Shown here: piece by piece, positions 7,663 to 16,853 of the stretch
Layout: the number at the start of each line of letters is the position of its first letter
Numbering within the stretch: the first letter of the stretch is position 1
Assembly: GCA_965655625.1 (NCBI GenBank)
Contig: CBFHHA010000007.1
Span: 11,844 to 75,843, forward strand
Direction: 5' to 3'
Length of the DNA: 64,000 nt
Source: Flavobacteriales bacterium
Lineage (GTDB): Bacteria; Bacteroidota; Bacteroidia; Flavobacteriales_D; CAJJDF01
Translations under genes and position numbers: made by a program
The notes under the pieces: model-generated
The model's input: only the letters and a program-made list of their open reading frames with translations
Databases searched by the model: none
What the model was told of the DNA's origin: nothing

Positions 7663-10293
7663 ATGACTGCAAAGGAAATACGCCAGCAATACAAAGATTT
7701 TTTTCAATCGAAAGGACACAAAATAGTTGATTCTGCGCCAATTGTGGTGAAGAATGACCCTACTTTGATGTTCAACAATGCCGGAATGAATCAATTCAAA
7801 GATTTGTTTTTAGGAAACAAAGAAATCAAAGATGCGCGTGTTGCCAATTCACAAAAATGCTTGAGAGTTTCAGGAAAACACAACGATTTGGAAGAAGTAG
7901 GAGTAGACACCTACCACCACACGATGTTTGAGATGCTGGGGAATTGGTCGTTTGGAGATTACTTTAAGAAAGAAGCCATCGAATGGGCTTGGGAATTACT
8001 AACCGAAGTGTACAAGCTGGACAAAGACAGATTGTATGTAACAGTTTTTGAGGGCGATAATGAAGATGGCACAAGTCTGGATCAAGAGGCCAAAGACATT
8101 TGGAGTAAAATTGTTTCGGAGGATAAAATTATTTTAGCAGATAAAAAAGACAATTTTTGGGAAATGGGAGAAGTAGGACCGTGTGGACCTTGCTCCGAAA
8201 TTCACGTAGATTTAAGAGACCAAGCTGAGATTGATAAAGTGGGAGGAAGAGAATTGGTGAATGAAGATCACCCTCAAGTAGTAGAGATTTGGAATTTGGT
8301 ATTTATGCAGTACAACCGAATTAAGGATGGTTCGTTGCATCCACTTCCGGCTCAGCACGTAGATACAGGAATGGGATTTGAGCGATTGGTGATGGCCATG
8401 CAAGGCAAAAAATCAAATTACGACACAGATGTTTTTTCTCCCTTAATTCAAGAAATCGAAAAGATTTCGGAGAGGAAATATAAAGAAGGAGAAGGGCATT
8501 CGGAAGAACAAACGAAAACGAACATTGCCATTCGAGTGATTGCAGATCACATCAGGACTTTGGCTTTTGCCATTGCAGATGGGCAATTACCATCCAATAC
8601 TGGAGCAGGTTATGTGATTCGCAGAATATTGAGAAGAGCGGTGCGATACGGTTACCAAGTATTGAATTTGAAAGAACCGTTTTTCTACAAATTAGTTGAG
8701 GTATTGACCAAAGAAATGGGAGGAGCATTTCCAGAACTTATTGCACAAAAAGAACTGTGTACCAAAGTGATAAAAGAAGAAGAAATATCTTTTTACCGAA
8801 CTTTGGAACAAGGAATTAAACGAATGGATGATTTGATGGAAGCCAACAAATCAACTAAAATAATAGAAGGGAAAGATGCATTTGAATTGTATGATACCTT
8901 TGGGTTTCCGTTTGATTTAACGGCATTAATTGCCTCGGAAAACGGTTTTGAAGTGTCCGAAAAAGAATTCGAAATCTGCCTGTTAGAACAGAAAGACAGA
9001 AGCAAAAAAGCGAGTAAGGTAGATACTTCGGATTGGGTAGTTTTGAAAGAAGATGAAGTTCAAGAATTTATTGGGTACGATTCATTGGATTCAAGTGTGT
9101 ACATAACTCGTTACCGAAAAGTAAAAGCCAAAAACAAAGAGTTTTACCAATTGGTGTTTAATTTCACTCCTTTCTATGCAGAAGGAGGTGGGCAAGTAGG
9201 TGACACAGGATTTATTGAGTCTGAGAATGAGAAAGTTTTTATCACCAATACAAAAAAGGAAGATGGACTTATTTTGCATTACACGGATAAATTGCCTGAG
9301 CATCCCACGTTGATGTTTTATGCCGAGGTGAATGCAAAAAACAGAGCCTTAACAGCCAATAATCACACGGCTACGCACCTTCTGCACAAAGCATTGCAAG
9401 ATGTATTGGGAGAACACGTAGAACAAAAAGGTTCGTTGGTGAACGAGAAATATTTGAGGTTTGATTTTTCGCACTTTAGTAAAGTAACTGACGAAGAAAT
9501 AGCCGAAATTGAGACTCGAGTAAATGCCGAGATCCGCAAGGACATATACTTGAATGAATTGCGAAATACTCCTATGAAAAAAGCTCAGGAATTGGGTGCA
9601 AAAGCTTTGTTTGGAGAAAAGTACGGAGATTTAGTTCGTGTTATTCAGTTTGGAGATTCTATTGAATTATGTGGAGGAATTCACGTTTCATCAACGGGGA
9701 AATTAGGTTCTTTTAAAATCACTTCAGAAAGTTCTACAGCCGCGGGAATAAGAAGAATAGAAGCCATTACAAGCGAAACAGCCGATAAATTTGTGAACGA
9801 GAAATTGAAAGTGGTTGATGAGTTGAATATTCTGTTAAAATCGCCTAAAGATTTGAAATTGGCAGTGGAAGAGTTGTTGCAGAAAAATAGTTCTCAAGCC
9901 AAAGAAATTGAAAAGCTAAAAGCGGCTCAAGCAGGAAATTTAAAAGAGGACTTGAAGAAAGAAATCAAGCAAGTAAACGGAATTAATTTCTTGGCTAAAA
10001 AAGTGGATTTGGATCCAAAAGGAATTAAAACGATTGCCTTTCAATTGAAATCGGAGATGGATAATTTGTGTTTAGTGTTGTGCAATGAAACGGGTGGAAA
10101 AGCAAATATTACCATTTTGGTTTCCGAAGAATTATCAAAATCCAAAGATCTGCACGCTGGAAATATGGTGCGTGAACTTGCCAAAGAAATCAATGGTGGA
10201 GGAGGAGGACAACCTTTCTTTGCTTCAGCAGGAGGAAGTAATCCAGACGGGATTGGGAAGGTGTTGGAGTTGGCTAAGAGTTTTGTTTCTTAA
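7663..10293 (+). CDS. alaS: Alanine--tRNA ligase
   Basis: 876 aa. Class II core motifs ([18 protein letters not shown]), the editing-domain HTATHLLH motif and a C-terminal GGGGGQ-containing DHHA1-like end. Confidence 0.97.
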   Translation: MTAKEIRQQYKDFFQSKGHKIVDSAPIVVKNDPTLMFNNAGMNQFKDLFLGNKEIKDARVANSQKCLRVSGKHNDLEEVGVDTYHHTMFEMLGNWSFGDYFKKEAIEWAWELLTEVYKLDKDRLYVTVFEGDNEDGTSLDQEAKDIWSKIVSEDKIILADKKDNFWEMGEVGPCGPCSEIHVDLRDQAEIDKVGGRELVNEDHPQVVEIWNLVFMQYNRIKDGSLHPLPAQHVDTGMGFERLVMAMQGKKSNYDTDVFSPLIQEIEKISERKYKEGEGHSEEQTKTNIAIRVIADHIRTLAFAIADGQLPSNTGAGYVIRRILRRAVRYGYQVLNLKEPFFYKLVEVLTKEMGGAFPELIAQKELCTKVIKEEEISFYRTLEQGIKRMDDLMEANKSTKIIEGKDAFELYDTFGFPFDLTALIASENGFEVSEKEFEICLLEQKDRSKKASKVDTSDWVVLKEDEVQEFIGYDSLDSSVYITRYRKVKAKNKEFYQLVFNFTPFYAEGGGQVGDTGFIESENEKVFITNTKKEDGLILHYTDKLPEHPTLMFYAEVNAKNRALTANNHTATHLLHKALQDVLGEHVEQKGSLVNEKYLRFDFSHFSKVTDEEIAEIETRVNAEIRKDIYLNELRNTPMKKAQELGAKALFGEKYGDLVRVIQFGDSIELCGGIHVSSTGKLGSFKITSESSTAAGIRRIEAITSETADKFVNEKLKVVDELNILLKSPKDLKLAVEELLQKNSSQAKEIEKLKAAQAGNLKEDLKKEIKQVNGINFLAKKVDLDPKGIKTIAFQLKSEMDNLCLVLCNETGGKANITILVSEELSKSKDLHAGNMVRELAKEINGGGGGQPFFASAGGSNPDGIGKVLELAKSFVS

Positions 10294-10484
10294 ATTTTAT
10301 TTTCAATTTAATTTGATTTAGTCATTTTGATTTTGACACAAAATCTTTGGATTTGGGGTAAGTTTTTCATTTTCACTGGCGTTAACAAATAACAAAAAGA
10401 ATGATAAACCGTGTTACCTAAAAAACATGGAAGAAGGTGCAGTTTTGAAATACAAGACAGCCTGTTTTGACCAAAACTTAAACT

Positions 10485-10530
10485 AAAAAAACAGAGTGAA
10501 AATTAGTCAAATTTCACTCTGTTTTTTTTT
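10485..10530. terminator. Bidirectional rho-independent terminator between convergent alaS and hutU
   Basis: 10-bp stem cagagtgaaa/tttcactctg (10492-10501 / 10512-10521), flanked by an A7 run upstream and a T9 run downstream. Confidence 0.75.
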
Positions 10531-10542
10531 AGATTTTACCTC

Positions 10543-10560
10543 ACAATCTGATCAGATTGT
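10543..10560. repeat. Perfect 18-bp palindrome acaatctgatcagattgt
   Basis: Read directly from the sequence. It lies 27 nt beyond the hutU stop, between that stop and the bidirectional terminator. Confidence 0.9.
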
Positions 10561-10587
10561 CAGTTTGTATTATAATAGTTGTACATG

Positions 10588-12567
10588 CTAAAGTAAATCT
10601 TCGTCAACTAGGTTTGGTAAGGTTACTTTGAGTTCAGGATTGTCTTTCATTGCTTGTTTAATAGCAAAAATAGCTTCTTCATTTCTTGCCCAACTTCTTC
10701 TGGCAATTCCATTATTTACATCCCAAAATAGCATTGATTTCAATCTTCTAGAGGAGTCAGCACTTCCATCTAGTAACATTCCAAATCCTCCATTTATCAC
10801 TTCGCCCCAGCCCACACCACCACCGTTGTGGATAGATACCCAAGTAGCTCCTCTGAACGAATCGCCAATCACATTGTGTATCGCCATATCTGCGGTGAAA
10901 CTGGATCCATCATAGATGTTTGACGTTTCTCTGTATGGCGAGTCGGTTCCCGAAACATCGTGGTGGTCTCTTCCTAAAATTATTTCACCAATTTCTCCTT
11001 TTTCTATGGCTTCATTAAATGCTTGAGCTATTTTTATTCTCCCATCAGAGTTGGCATATAATATTCTTGCTTGCGATCCCACAACCAGTTTATTTTCTTT
11101 GGCACCCTTAATCCATTGGATATTGTCTAACATTTGTTGTTTGATTTCTTCGGGTGAGTCTTTCGCCAACTCCTCAAGTACTTTACACGCAATTTCATCT
11201 GTCTTATCTAAGTCAGAATCTTTTCCGCTTGCACAAACCCATCTAAAAGGACCAAATCCGTAATCAAAACACATGGGTCCCATAATATCTTGTACGTAGG
11301 AAGCGTATTTAAAATTGATTCCATTTTCGGCCATGATGTTTGCTCCAGCTCTTGAAGCTTCTAGTAAAAAGGCATTTCCGTAATCAAAGAAGTAGGTTCC
11401 CTTCGCTGCATGACTATTAATGGCATTGGTTTGTCTTATCAAAGATTTTTCTACGAACGATTTAAATTCTTCAGGATTATTAGCCATCATATTATTGGCT
11501 TCTTGGTAGGTCAACCCAACCGGATAGTATCCTCCAGCCCATGGATTGTGCAGAGACGTTTGGTCGGAACCTAAATCGACAAAAATATCTTCTTGTTCAA
11601 ATCTTTCCCATACATCTACAATATTACCTTGATACGCAATGGAAACAACTTCTTTGTTTTCTTTAGCTTGGCGCACTCGGGATACCAATTCGTCTATGTG
11701 GTCAATCAATTCGTCTACCCAACCTTGTTCATGTCTTTTAATTGAAGCGAAGTCGTTTACTTCCGCACAAACTGTAACGCAACCTGCTATATTTCCTGCT
11801 TTTGGCTGAGCACCACTCATTCCACCAAGTCCGGAGGTTACAAAAAGTTTTCCAGCTAAACCTTCTCCATTTTTAGAAATCTTTCTACCAGCGTTTAGTA
11901 CAGTAATGGTTGTCCCATGCACAATACCTTGTGGTCCAATATACATGTAGGATCCAGCAGTCATTTGACCATATTGGGTAACACCTAATGCATTGAATTT
12001 TTCCCAATCGTCTGGTTTTGAATAGTTAGGTATCATCATACCGTTTGTAACCACAACACGAGGAGCATCTTTGTGAGACGGGAATAGCCCCATTGGATGA
12101 CCAGAATACATCACCAAAGTTTGCTCATCTGTCATTTCAGACAAATATTGCATGGTAAGTAAATATTGAGCCCAGTTCTGAAACACTCCACCATTTCCAC
12201 CGTAGGTAATCAATTCCTGAGGATGTTGAGCGATTGCGTGATCCAGATTGTTCTGAATCATTAACATAATCGCTGCAGCTTGTTTTGAGTTTGCAGGGTA
12301 TTCTTCTATTGGTCGGGCATATATTTTATAATCTGGCATGTATCGATACATGTAGATTCTACCGTATGTTTCTAGTTCTTCTTTGAATTCTTTTACCAGG
12401 GTTGGGTGTTGGTCTTTTGGAAAGTATCGTAGCGCATTTTTTAAGGCCAATTTCTTTTCTTCGTCAGAAAGAATGTCTTTTCTTTTTGGTGCGTGACTTA
12501 TTGTTTTATCAAATTCTTTCTTCTTTGGAATTTCTGGAGGGATTCCAAGCTTTATTTCATGTAACAT
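10588..12567 (-). CDS. hutU: Urocanate hydratase (long form)
   Basis: 659 aa with an urocanase-like sequence throughout, including GLGGMSGAQPKAGNIAG and the C-terminal VSIHNGGGVGWGE. Confidence 0.92.
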   Translation of the reverse strand: MLHEIKLGIPPEIPKKKEFDKTISHAPKRKDILSDEEKKLALKNALRYFPKDQHPTLVKEFKEELETYGRIYMYRYMPDYKIYARPIEEYPANSKQAAAIMLMIQNNLDHAIAQHPQELITYGGNGGVFQNWAQYLLTMQYLSEMTDEQTLVMYSGHPMGLFPSHKDAPRVVVTNGMMIPNYSKPDDWEKFNALGVTQYGQMTAGSYMYIGPQGIVHGTTITVLNAGRKISKNGEGLAGKLFVTSGLGGMSGAQPKAGNIAGCVTVCAEVNDFASIKRHEQGWVDELIDHIDELVSRVRQAKENKEVVSIAYQGNIVDVWERFEQEDIFVDLGSDQTSLHNPWAGGYYPVGLTYQEANNMMANNPEEFKSFVEKSLIRQTNAINSHAAKGTYFFDYGNAFLLEASRAGANIMAENGINFKYASYVQDIMGPMCFDYGFGPFRWVCASGKDSDLDKTDEIACKVLEELAKDSPEEIKQQMLDNIQWIKGAKENKLVVGSQARILYANSDGRIKIAQAFNEAIEKGEIGEIILGRDHHDVSGTDSPYRETSNIYDGSSFTADMAIHNVIGDSFRGATWVSIHNGGGVGWGEVINGGFGMLLDGSADSSRRLKSMLFWDVNNGIARRSWARNEEAIFAIKQAMKDNPELKVTLPNLVDEDLL

Positions 12568-12632
12568 AGTTTTTTCTTTGATTGTCTCAAAGATAAAAAA
12601 TACAAGTTTGTGATATCAAGTTTAGAAGAATT

Positions 12633-14096
12633 TTATTTCTTTCTGTTTTGCAAAACCTTCAGTATTTCAGAAAGCTGATCGGAATCGAATTGCTTGGCAA
12701 CAATACGCTTGTCCTTGTCCAATAAGTAGGCAACAGGTGTAACAAAAACATCATAAATGTTTCGGTAGTTTATACTTTCTAACGTTGTTTTCTTTTCAAT
12801 TAAGTACTTCATGTGGTCCTCTCGCATTTCTTGAAAGTCAGAAACATTAATCCAATCCAGTTCTTTTTCTTTTATAAACTTTCTCCAATCATCATTTTCA
12901 ATACTGGTACAAACAGCATACACTTCCAAATCAATTTCTGATATGTTTTTTAAACTATCGTATACTTTCTTGAATTTTGGAATTTCTTTTTTGCAATGTC
13001 CACAATCTTCTGCCCAAAAAATCAGTAAAGTATACTCGTGGTTTACGTTAGCTAAGTTTATCCAATTTTTCTCAGAGGTATCAGCTAAAATTATATTTGG
13101 GGCAATTTTACCGATCAAGGTTGGTCTCAATTTATCCACCTTGGGCCGAAGTTTTTCAATTTTATCTTGATCTATCCAATTGCTTCTTCCGTTTAGGATG
13201 TAGTTATCGGCAACATGAACGTAAACAGATTCCATCCCCATAATTTTTGTTTTTGCGTGCGCATAAGCCAAAAATTCTACTGCCGATTTCATCATGAATC
13301 CATTGGGTGTAAGTTGGTTCATAAAAGCATCGATTCTTTGGTTAATGGTGTCCGGAATCTGTGCAATTACTTTCATGAAATAAGTTACCATTTGATTGTA
13401 AAACAAGGCTGACTTTCCCAATCTATCGTCAGATAAATCAACATTGTCCCAAAAGTGATTGGTGTAATATTGGTACTTCCAATTGTTTGTGTCAATTACC
13501 TGGACACTGGGTTCAGGAATCTGAATTTCAATTGACATTCTTATAAGGTTACCAAAGTACGTGTTTTTATTATTTTCAGAAGCCTCAATTTGATAGTTCA
13601 TCACGGCTGAATCAATTTCTATAATTTTTTTGTTCAGTGCAGAAACTCTCTCAGTCATGTTGGAATCAAAGGCTATTTGTCTTTCTTTTATATAAGGATC
13701 TTTTAATTTAGCTTGTTTCTCCAGAAATTGAACATAGTCAAAAAATAATTTATTTTCTTTCGATTTTTTCACCTTCACATTACCCGCTAAATTCTCCATG
13801 TTAGTCTCGAGATTGATTGATGTTTCATTTACTAAGATATCAAAATATTTGGGAGGCTTCATGGATGGGATAACCGCATAAACTCCATGTGGCATGTTGT
13901 TGTTTTTGAACGTAAAACTTCCATCTTTTCTGACAACAGCAGTGTCGTAAAAATATAAATTTTTTCCGGTGTACGTCCCAAGGTAGGCAACCGAGTCGGT
14001 AAGTCCTTTAATTTTTATGTCAATGGTGTATTCTGTTTGTCCGTTTAAAAATAGGATCTGCAGAAGAAGTAAAATGGAAAGAAATATATTTTTCAT
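12633..14096 (-). CDS. TlpA/ResA-like thiol-disulfide oxidoreductase with a large N-terminal Bacteroidota-specific domain
   Basis: Signal peptide. The C-terminal thioredoxin fold carries an intact active site, FWAEDCGHCKKE (CxxC). Confidence 0.7.
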   Translation of the reverse strand: MKNIFLSILLLLQILFLNGQTEYTIDIKIKGLTDSVAYLGTYTGKNLYFYDTAVVRKDGSFTFKNNNMPHGVYAVIPSMKPPKYFDILVNETSINLETNMENLAGNVKVKKSKENKLFFDYVQFLEKQAKLKDPYIKERQIAFDSNMTERVSALNKKIIEIDSAVMNYQIEASENNKNTYFGNLIRMSIEIQIPEPSVQVIDTNNWKYQYYTNHFWDNVDLSDDRLGKSALFYNQMVTYFMKVIAQIPDTINQRIDAFMNQLTPNGFMMKSAVEFLAYAHAKTKIMGMESVYVHVADNYILNGRSNWIDQDKIEKLRPKVDKLRPTLIGKIAPNIILADTSEKNWINLANVNHEYTLLIFWAEDCGHCKKEIPKFKKVYDSLKNISEIDLEVYAVCTSIENDDWRKFIKEKELDWINVSDFQEMREDHMKYLIEKKTTLESINYRNIYDVFVTPVAYLLDKDKRIVAKQFDSDQLSEILKVLQNRKK

Positions 14097-14245
14097 AATG
14101 AATGATTTGTCTTTTACTGTATTTTAGTGATACGGGCTACCACATTGGTGGTTGCTTGCATTAACACTCCCTTAACTCTAACAGGAAGCATGCCAAATTT
14201 ACAAAATTTGAAATGAAAAATAAACGTAAAATCTAACGATAAAAT

Positions 14246-14277
14246 TTGCAGGAAAGAATTTAAATTATCTATATTTG
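14246..14277 (+). promoter_or_regulatory. Putative promoter of tRNA-His (-33 TTG, -7 TATATTTG)
   Basis: TTG at 14246-14248 and TATATTTG at 14270-14277 (TAnnTTTG), with a 21-nt spacer. The tRNA starts 15 nt after the box. Confidence 0.45.
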
Positions 14278-14291
14278 CAGACCGAAAAAAT

Positions 14292-14366
14292 GGTGGTTGT
14301 AGCTCAGTTGGTTAGAGCACTGGTTTGTGGTGCCGGGTGTCGTGGGTTCGAGTCCCATCTTCCACC
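14292..14366 (+). tRNA. tRNA-His (anticodon GTG) with encoded G-1. The acceptor stem carries two adjacent U-U mismatches and no CCA is encoded.
   Basis: Manual cloverleaf: G-1 at 14292; acceptor GTGGTTG/CTTCCAC; D arm GCTC-AGTTGGTTA-GAGC; anticodon arm CTGGT-TTGTGGT-GCCGG (GTG at 14327-14329); T arm GTGGG-TTCGAGT-CCCAT; discriminator C at 14366. Confidence 0.85.
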
Positions 14367-14376
14367 CTTATTTTTG

Positions 14377-14413
14377 AAGAGGTTGTCATTCAGTTGTCAA
14401 CCTCTTTTTTTTT
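14377..14413 (+). terminator. Rho-independent terminator after tRNA-His
   Basis: 9-bp stem aagaggttg/caacctctt followed by a T9 run (14405-14413). Confidence 0.7.
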
Positions 14414-14469
14414 GAAAAAAATACTCATTAAGATTGGTCATCACAAAGAAGTAAAAGTCTCTAAATAGC

Positions 14470-14511
14470 AAAAAAAACTACAGTGGAACTTGTTTCACTG
14501 TAGTTTTTTTT
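14470..14511. terminator. Bidirectional rho-independent terminator; serves the minus-strand THX-fusion gene
   Basis: Stem ctacagtg(gaa)/(ttt)cactgtag, flanked by an A8 run (14470-14477) and a T8 run (14504-14511). Confidence 0.7.
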
Positions 14512-14560
14512 AAGGCGGATAATTTCCCAGATTGTTTTGGGATGTTTTGTTTGTTATAGT

Positions 14561-14872
14561 CTAACTCAAAGCAGCAATTAATTCAGCTTTCTTTAATGAG
14601 GTATAACCTGTAATTCCTTTTTCTTTTGCTATTGCTTTTAATTCAGCAACAGTATGCGAAGATAGGTCGGTAGTCGTTTTAGACTCTTTTTTAGCGGCTA
14701 CTACTTTCTTTTCTTCAGTTTTTTTGACAGCAGCTTTGGCTTTTGGCTTGGCTGTTGTTTTTTTCTTTTTAGCTACAGGAGCAGCACTAGTCTTATCTGT
14801 CTTTGGACGGTGAACCCCCCAAGTACTCATAATTCGTTTTCCTTTTTTTGTTTTTTTATCTCCTTTTCCCAT
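14561..14872 (-). CDS. Ribosomal protein THX-like N-terminus fused to a Lys/Ala-rich linker and a C-terminal Rho_N/SAP-like helix-hairpin domain
   Basis: MGKGDKKTKKGKRIMSTWGVHRPK aligns by eye with Thermus THX ([24 protein letters not shown]). The C-terminus TVAELKAIAKEKGITGYTSLKKAELIAALS matches the Rho N-terminal-domain signature. Confidence 0.6.
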   Translation of the reverse strand: MGKGDKKTKKGKRIMSTWGVHRPKTDKTSAAPVAKKKKTTAKPKAKAAVKKTEEKKVVAAKKESKTTTDLSSHTVAELKAIAKEKGITGYTSLKKAELIAALS

Positions 14873-14968
14873 AGTTTATATGTAATTTTTGTTCGATTAA
14901 TGTACAAATATAAGGATTCCTTTCCGTTTCGAGGAACTATCTTCTTAAAATTTAGTTAAGTAACTGAT

Positions 14969-15640
14969 TTATACCTTTCTTTTTGCTTCAAATTCTTCAG
15001 CTATTTTTTCTCCTTTTTTTATCGATTGTTTCAACCATTTTAATAACACTCTTTCTTGTTCATTATCACTTAGTTGCCAATCTACTTCTTTTTCTCTCAT
15101 TTTGGTTGTAAGCTCAGAAAGACAAATTGCCGCAGAAACCGAAATGTTAAAACTCTCCGTAAATCCATGCATTGGAATGGTAATGAATTCATCCGCTTCC
15201 TCCTTTACAATATCAGAGATTCCATTTGCTTCATTACCCAAAACCAAAGCTATTGGCTTATCCAATTCCATATCATACAAAGATTTTGTGTTAGGTAATG
15301 GAGTTGTTGCAACAATTTTATACCCTTCTTTTTTTAATTTTTGAAGAGCTGTGCGAGTATTATTTTCTTCTTGGTTGTGTCTCTCTATATCAATCCAATT
15401 GGCCGATCCCAGTGTGATTCCTGTATGCAAGTTGAATTCATTTCTATTTTCAATGACATGAATTCTCTGGATGCCAAAACAATCGCAAGTTCGGATAGCT
15501 GCACTGGTGTTTTGAGCGTGATAAATATCTTCTAAAACCAAAGTGACATAGTTGGTTCTTTCCTGAATTTTTTCGTTAAAAAGTGCCGCTCTGTTTTCAT
15601 GCGCAAACTGAGATAAATAGTCTACCAAATTAGATTCCAT
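14969..15640 (-). CDS. SpoU/TrmH-family RNA 2'-O-methyltransferase
   Basis: SPOUT motifs LVLGNEANGIS and IPMHGFTESFNISVSAAICL. Confidence 0.8.
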   Translation of the reverse strand: MESNLVDYLSQFAHENRAALFNEKIQERTNYVTLVLEDIYHAQNTSAAIRTCDCFGIQRIHVIENRNEFNLHTGITLGSANWIDIERHNQEENNTRTALQKLKKEGYKIVATTPLPNTKSLYDMELDKPIALVLGNEANGISDIVKEEADEFITIPMHGFTESFNISVSAAICLSELTTKMREKEVDWQLSDNEQERVLLKWLKQSIKKGEKIAEEFEAKRKV

Positions 15641-15645
15641 CTGTT

Positions 15646-16758
15646 TTATTTTATTACTTTCTTATACAAGTTAATGTATTTTTCTACAATTTCGTTCAAA
15701 TCAAATTTCTCGGCTTGTTTCAAAGCGTTTTTTTTGAATTGTTGATGTATTTCCTTGTTCTCAAGAATGGAAACAGCATTTTTTGCCATATCATCTATAT
15801 CTCCAACATCACTCAACATTCCCGAGTAGTTGTGTTCATTCACTTCTGGAATTCCTCCAGTATTCGTACTCACCACCGGCACAGAAACTGCCATAGCTTC
15901 CAATGCTGCCAAACCAAAGCTTTCTGTTTCGGAAGGCAATAAAAACAAATCGGCAATCGATAATATTTCTGTGGTATTGTTCACTGTTCCTATAAAACTC
16001 GTATCCTTACAAGTACCCAATTCCCTGCAAAGCAACTCCATCTTGTCCCTTTCTGGTCCGTCTCCTACAAGGATTAATTTACATTTGATTTGTTTTCTTA
16101 CCTTGGCAAAAACCTTGATAACATCTTGAACTCTTTTTACTTTTCTAAAATTGGAAATGTGACACAAAATAAGTTCGTCTTTCTCAGCGTATTTATCTCT
16201 GTGGATGCTAAATATTTTATCCTTGATGCAAATGAAATTAGGTATGACTTCAATGTCATTTTTGATGTTGAAAAACTTATAGGTGTCGTCTTTCAAACTA
16301 TCTGAAACTGTCGTTACGGCATCTGATTTATTAATGGAATAGGTAATAATGGGTTTAAAAAATGGATCACGTCCCACTAAAGTAATGTCAGTTCCGTGGA
16401 GTGTTGTGATAAAAGGAATATAAATCCCTTCTTCTTCTAATATTTGCTGTGCCATGTGCGCAGCCGAGGCATGCGGAATAGCATAATGGAGGTGAAGTAC
16501 ATCCAATTTTTCAAACCGGATTACATCTACCAATTTGCTTGTCAATGCCGATTCGTAAGGAGGATATTTGAATAGTGGGTAACTGTTTACTCTTACTTCG
16601 TGGTAAAATATATTTTTGTCGTGAACATCCAATCGGACAGGGAAACTATAGGAAATGAAGTGAATTTGATGTCCTTTTTGGGCCAAAGCTTTTCCTAATT
16701 CTGTGGCAACGACACCACTTCCTCCGTAGGTCGGGTACAATACAATTCCTATTTTCAT
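15646..16758 (-). CDS. bshA: GT4 glycosyltransferase, BshA-like (N-acetyl-alpha-D-glucosaminyl L-malate synthase, bacillithiol pathway)
   Basis: MKIGIVLYPTYGGSGVVATELGKALAQKGHQIHFISY is the typical BshA N-terminus, and the C-terminal half contains the FGLAALEAMA GT4 motif. Start moved to ATG 16758 from the track start at 16794. Confidence 0.7.
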   Translation of the reverse strand: MKIGIVLYPTYGGSGVVATELGKALAQKGHQIHFISYSFPVRLDVHDKNIFYHEVRVNSYPLFKYPPYESALTSKLVDVIRFEKLDVLHLHYAIPHASAAHMAQQILEEEGIYIPFITTLHGTDITLVGRDPFFKPIITYSINKSDAVTTVSDSLKDDTYKFFNIKNDIEVIPNFICIKDKIFSIHRDKYAEKDELILCHISNFRKVKRVQDVIKVFAKVRKQIKCKLILVGDGPERDKMELLCRELGTCKDTSFIGTVNNTTEILSIADLFLLPSETESFGLAALEAMAVSVPVVSTNTGGIPEVNEHNYSGMLSDVGDIDDMAKNAVSILENKEIHQQFKKNALKQAEKFDLNEIVEKYINLYKKVIK

Positions 16759-16853
16759 TCTTTTTTCTTTTGGTAGTCTCGTTTGGTTCCACAAACTTAC
16801 TATTTATTCTCATAACTTTTCAGTAGTTTTGCACTCGCAAAAATCCCACAATT

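Noticed and set aside
14367-14560. tRNA-His as an integration site for a mobile element
   Set aside because: There is no integrase, no direct repeat of the tRNA 3' end and no foreign-looking genes downstream. Only two terminators and a ribosomal-protein-like gene follow.
16759-16794. N-terminal extensions given by the ORF track (16794 bshA, 40711 DPP4-like, 37444 proC, 48504 msrB, 33538 DUF1599-like, 24599 membrane GT, 43009 small Feo ORF)
   Set aside because: These begin at non-ATG codons upstream of an ATG that yields the family-typical N-terminus or signal peptide. I used the downstream ATG starts instead.
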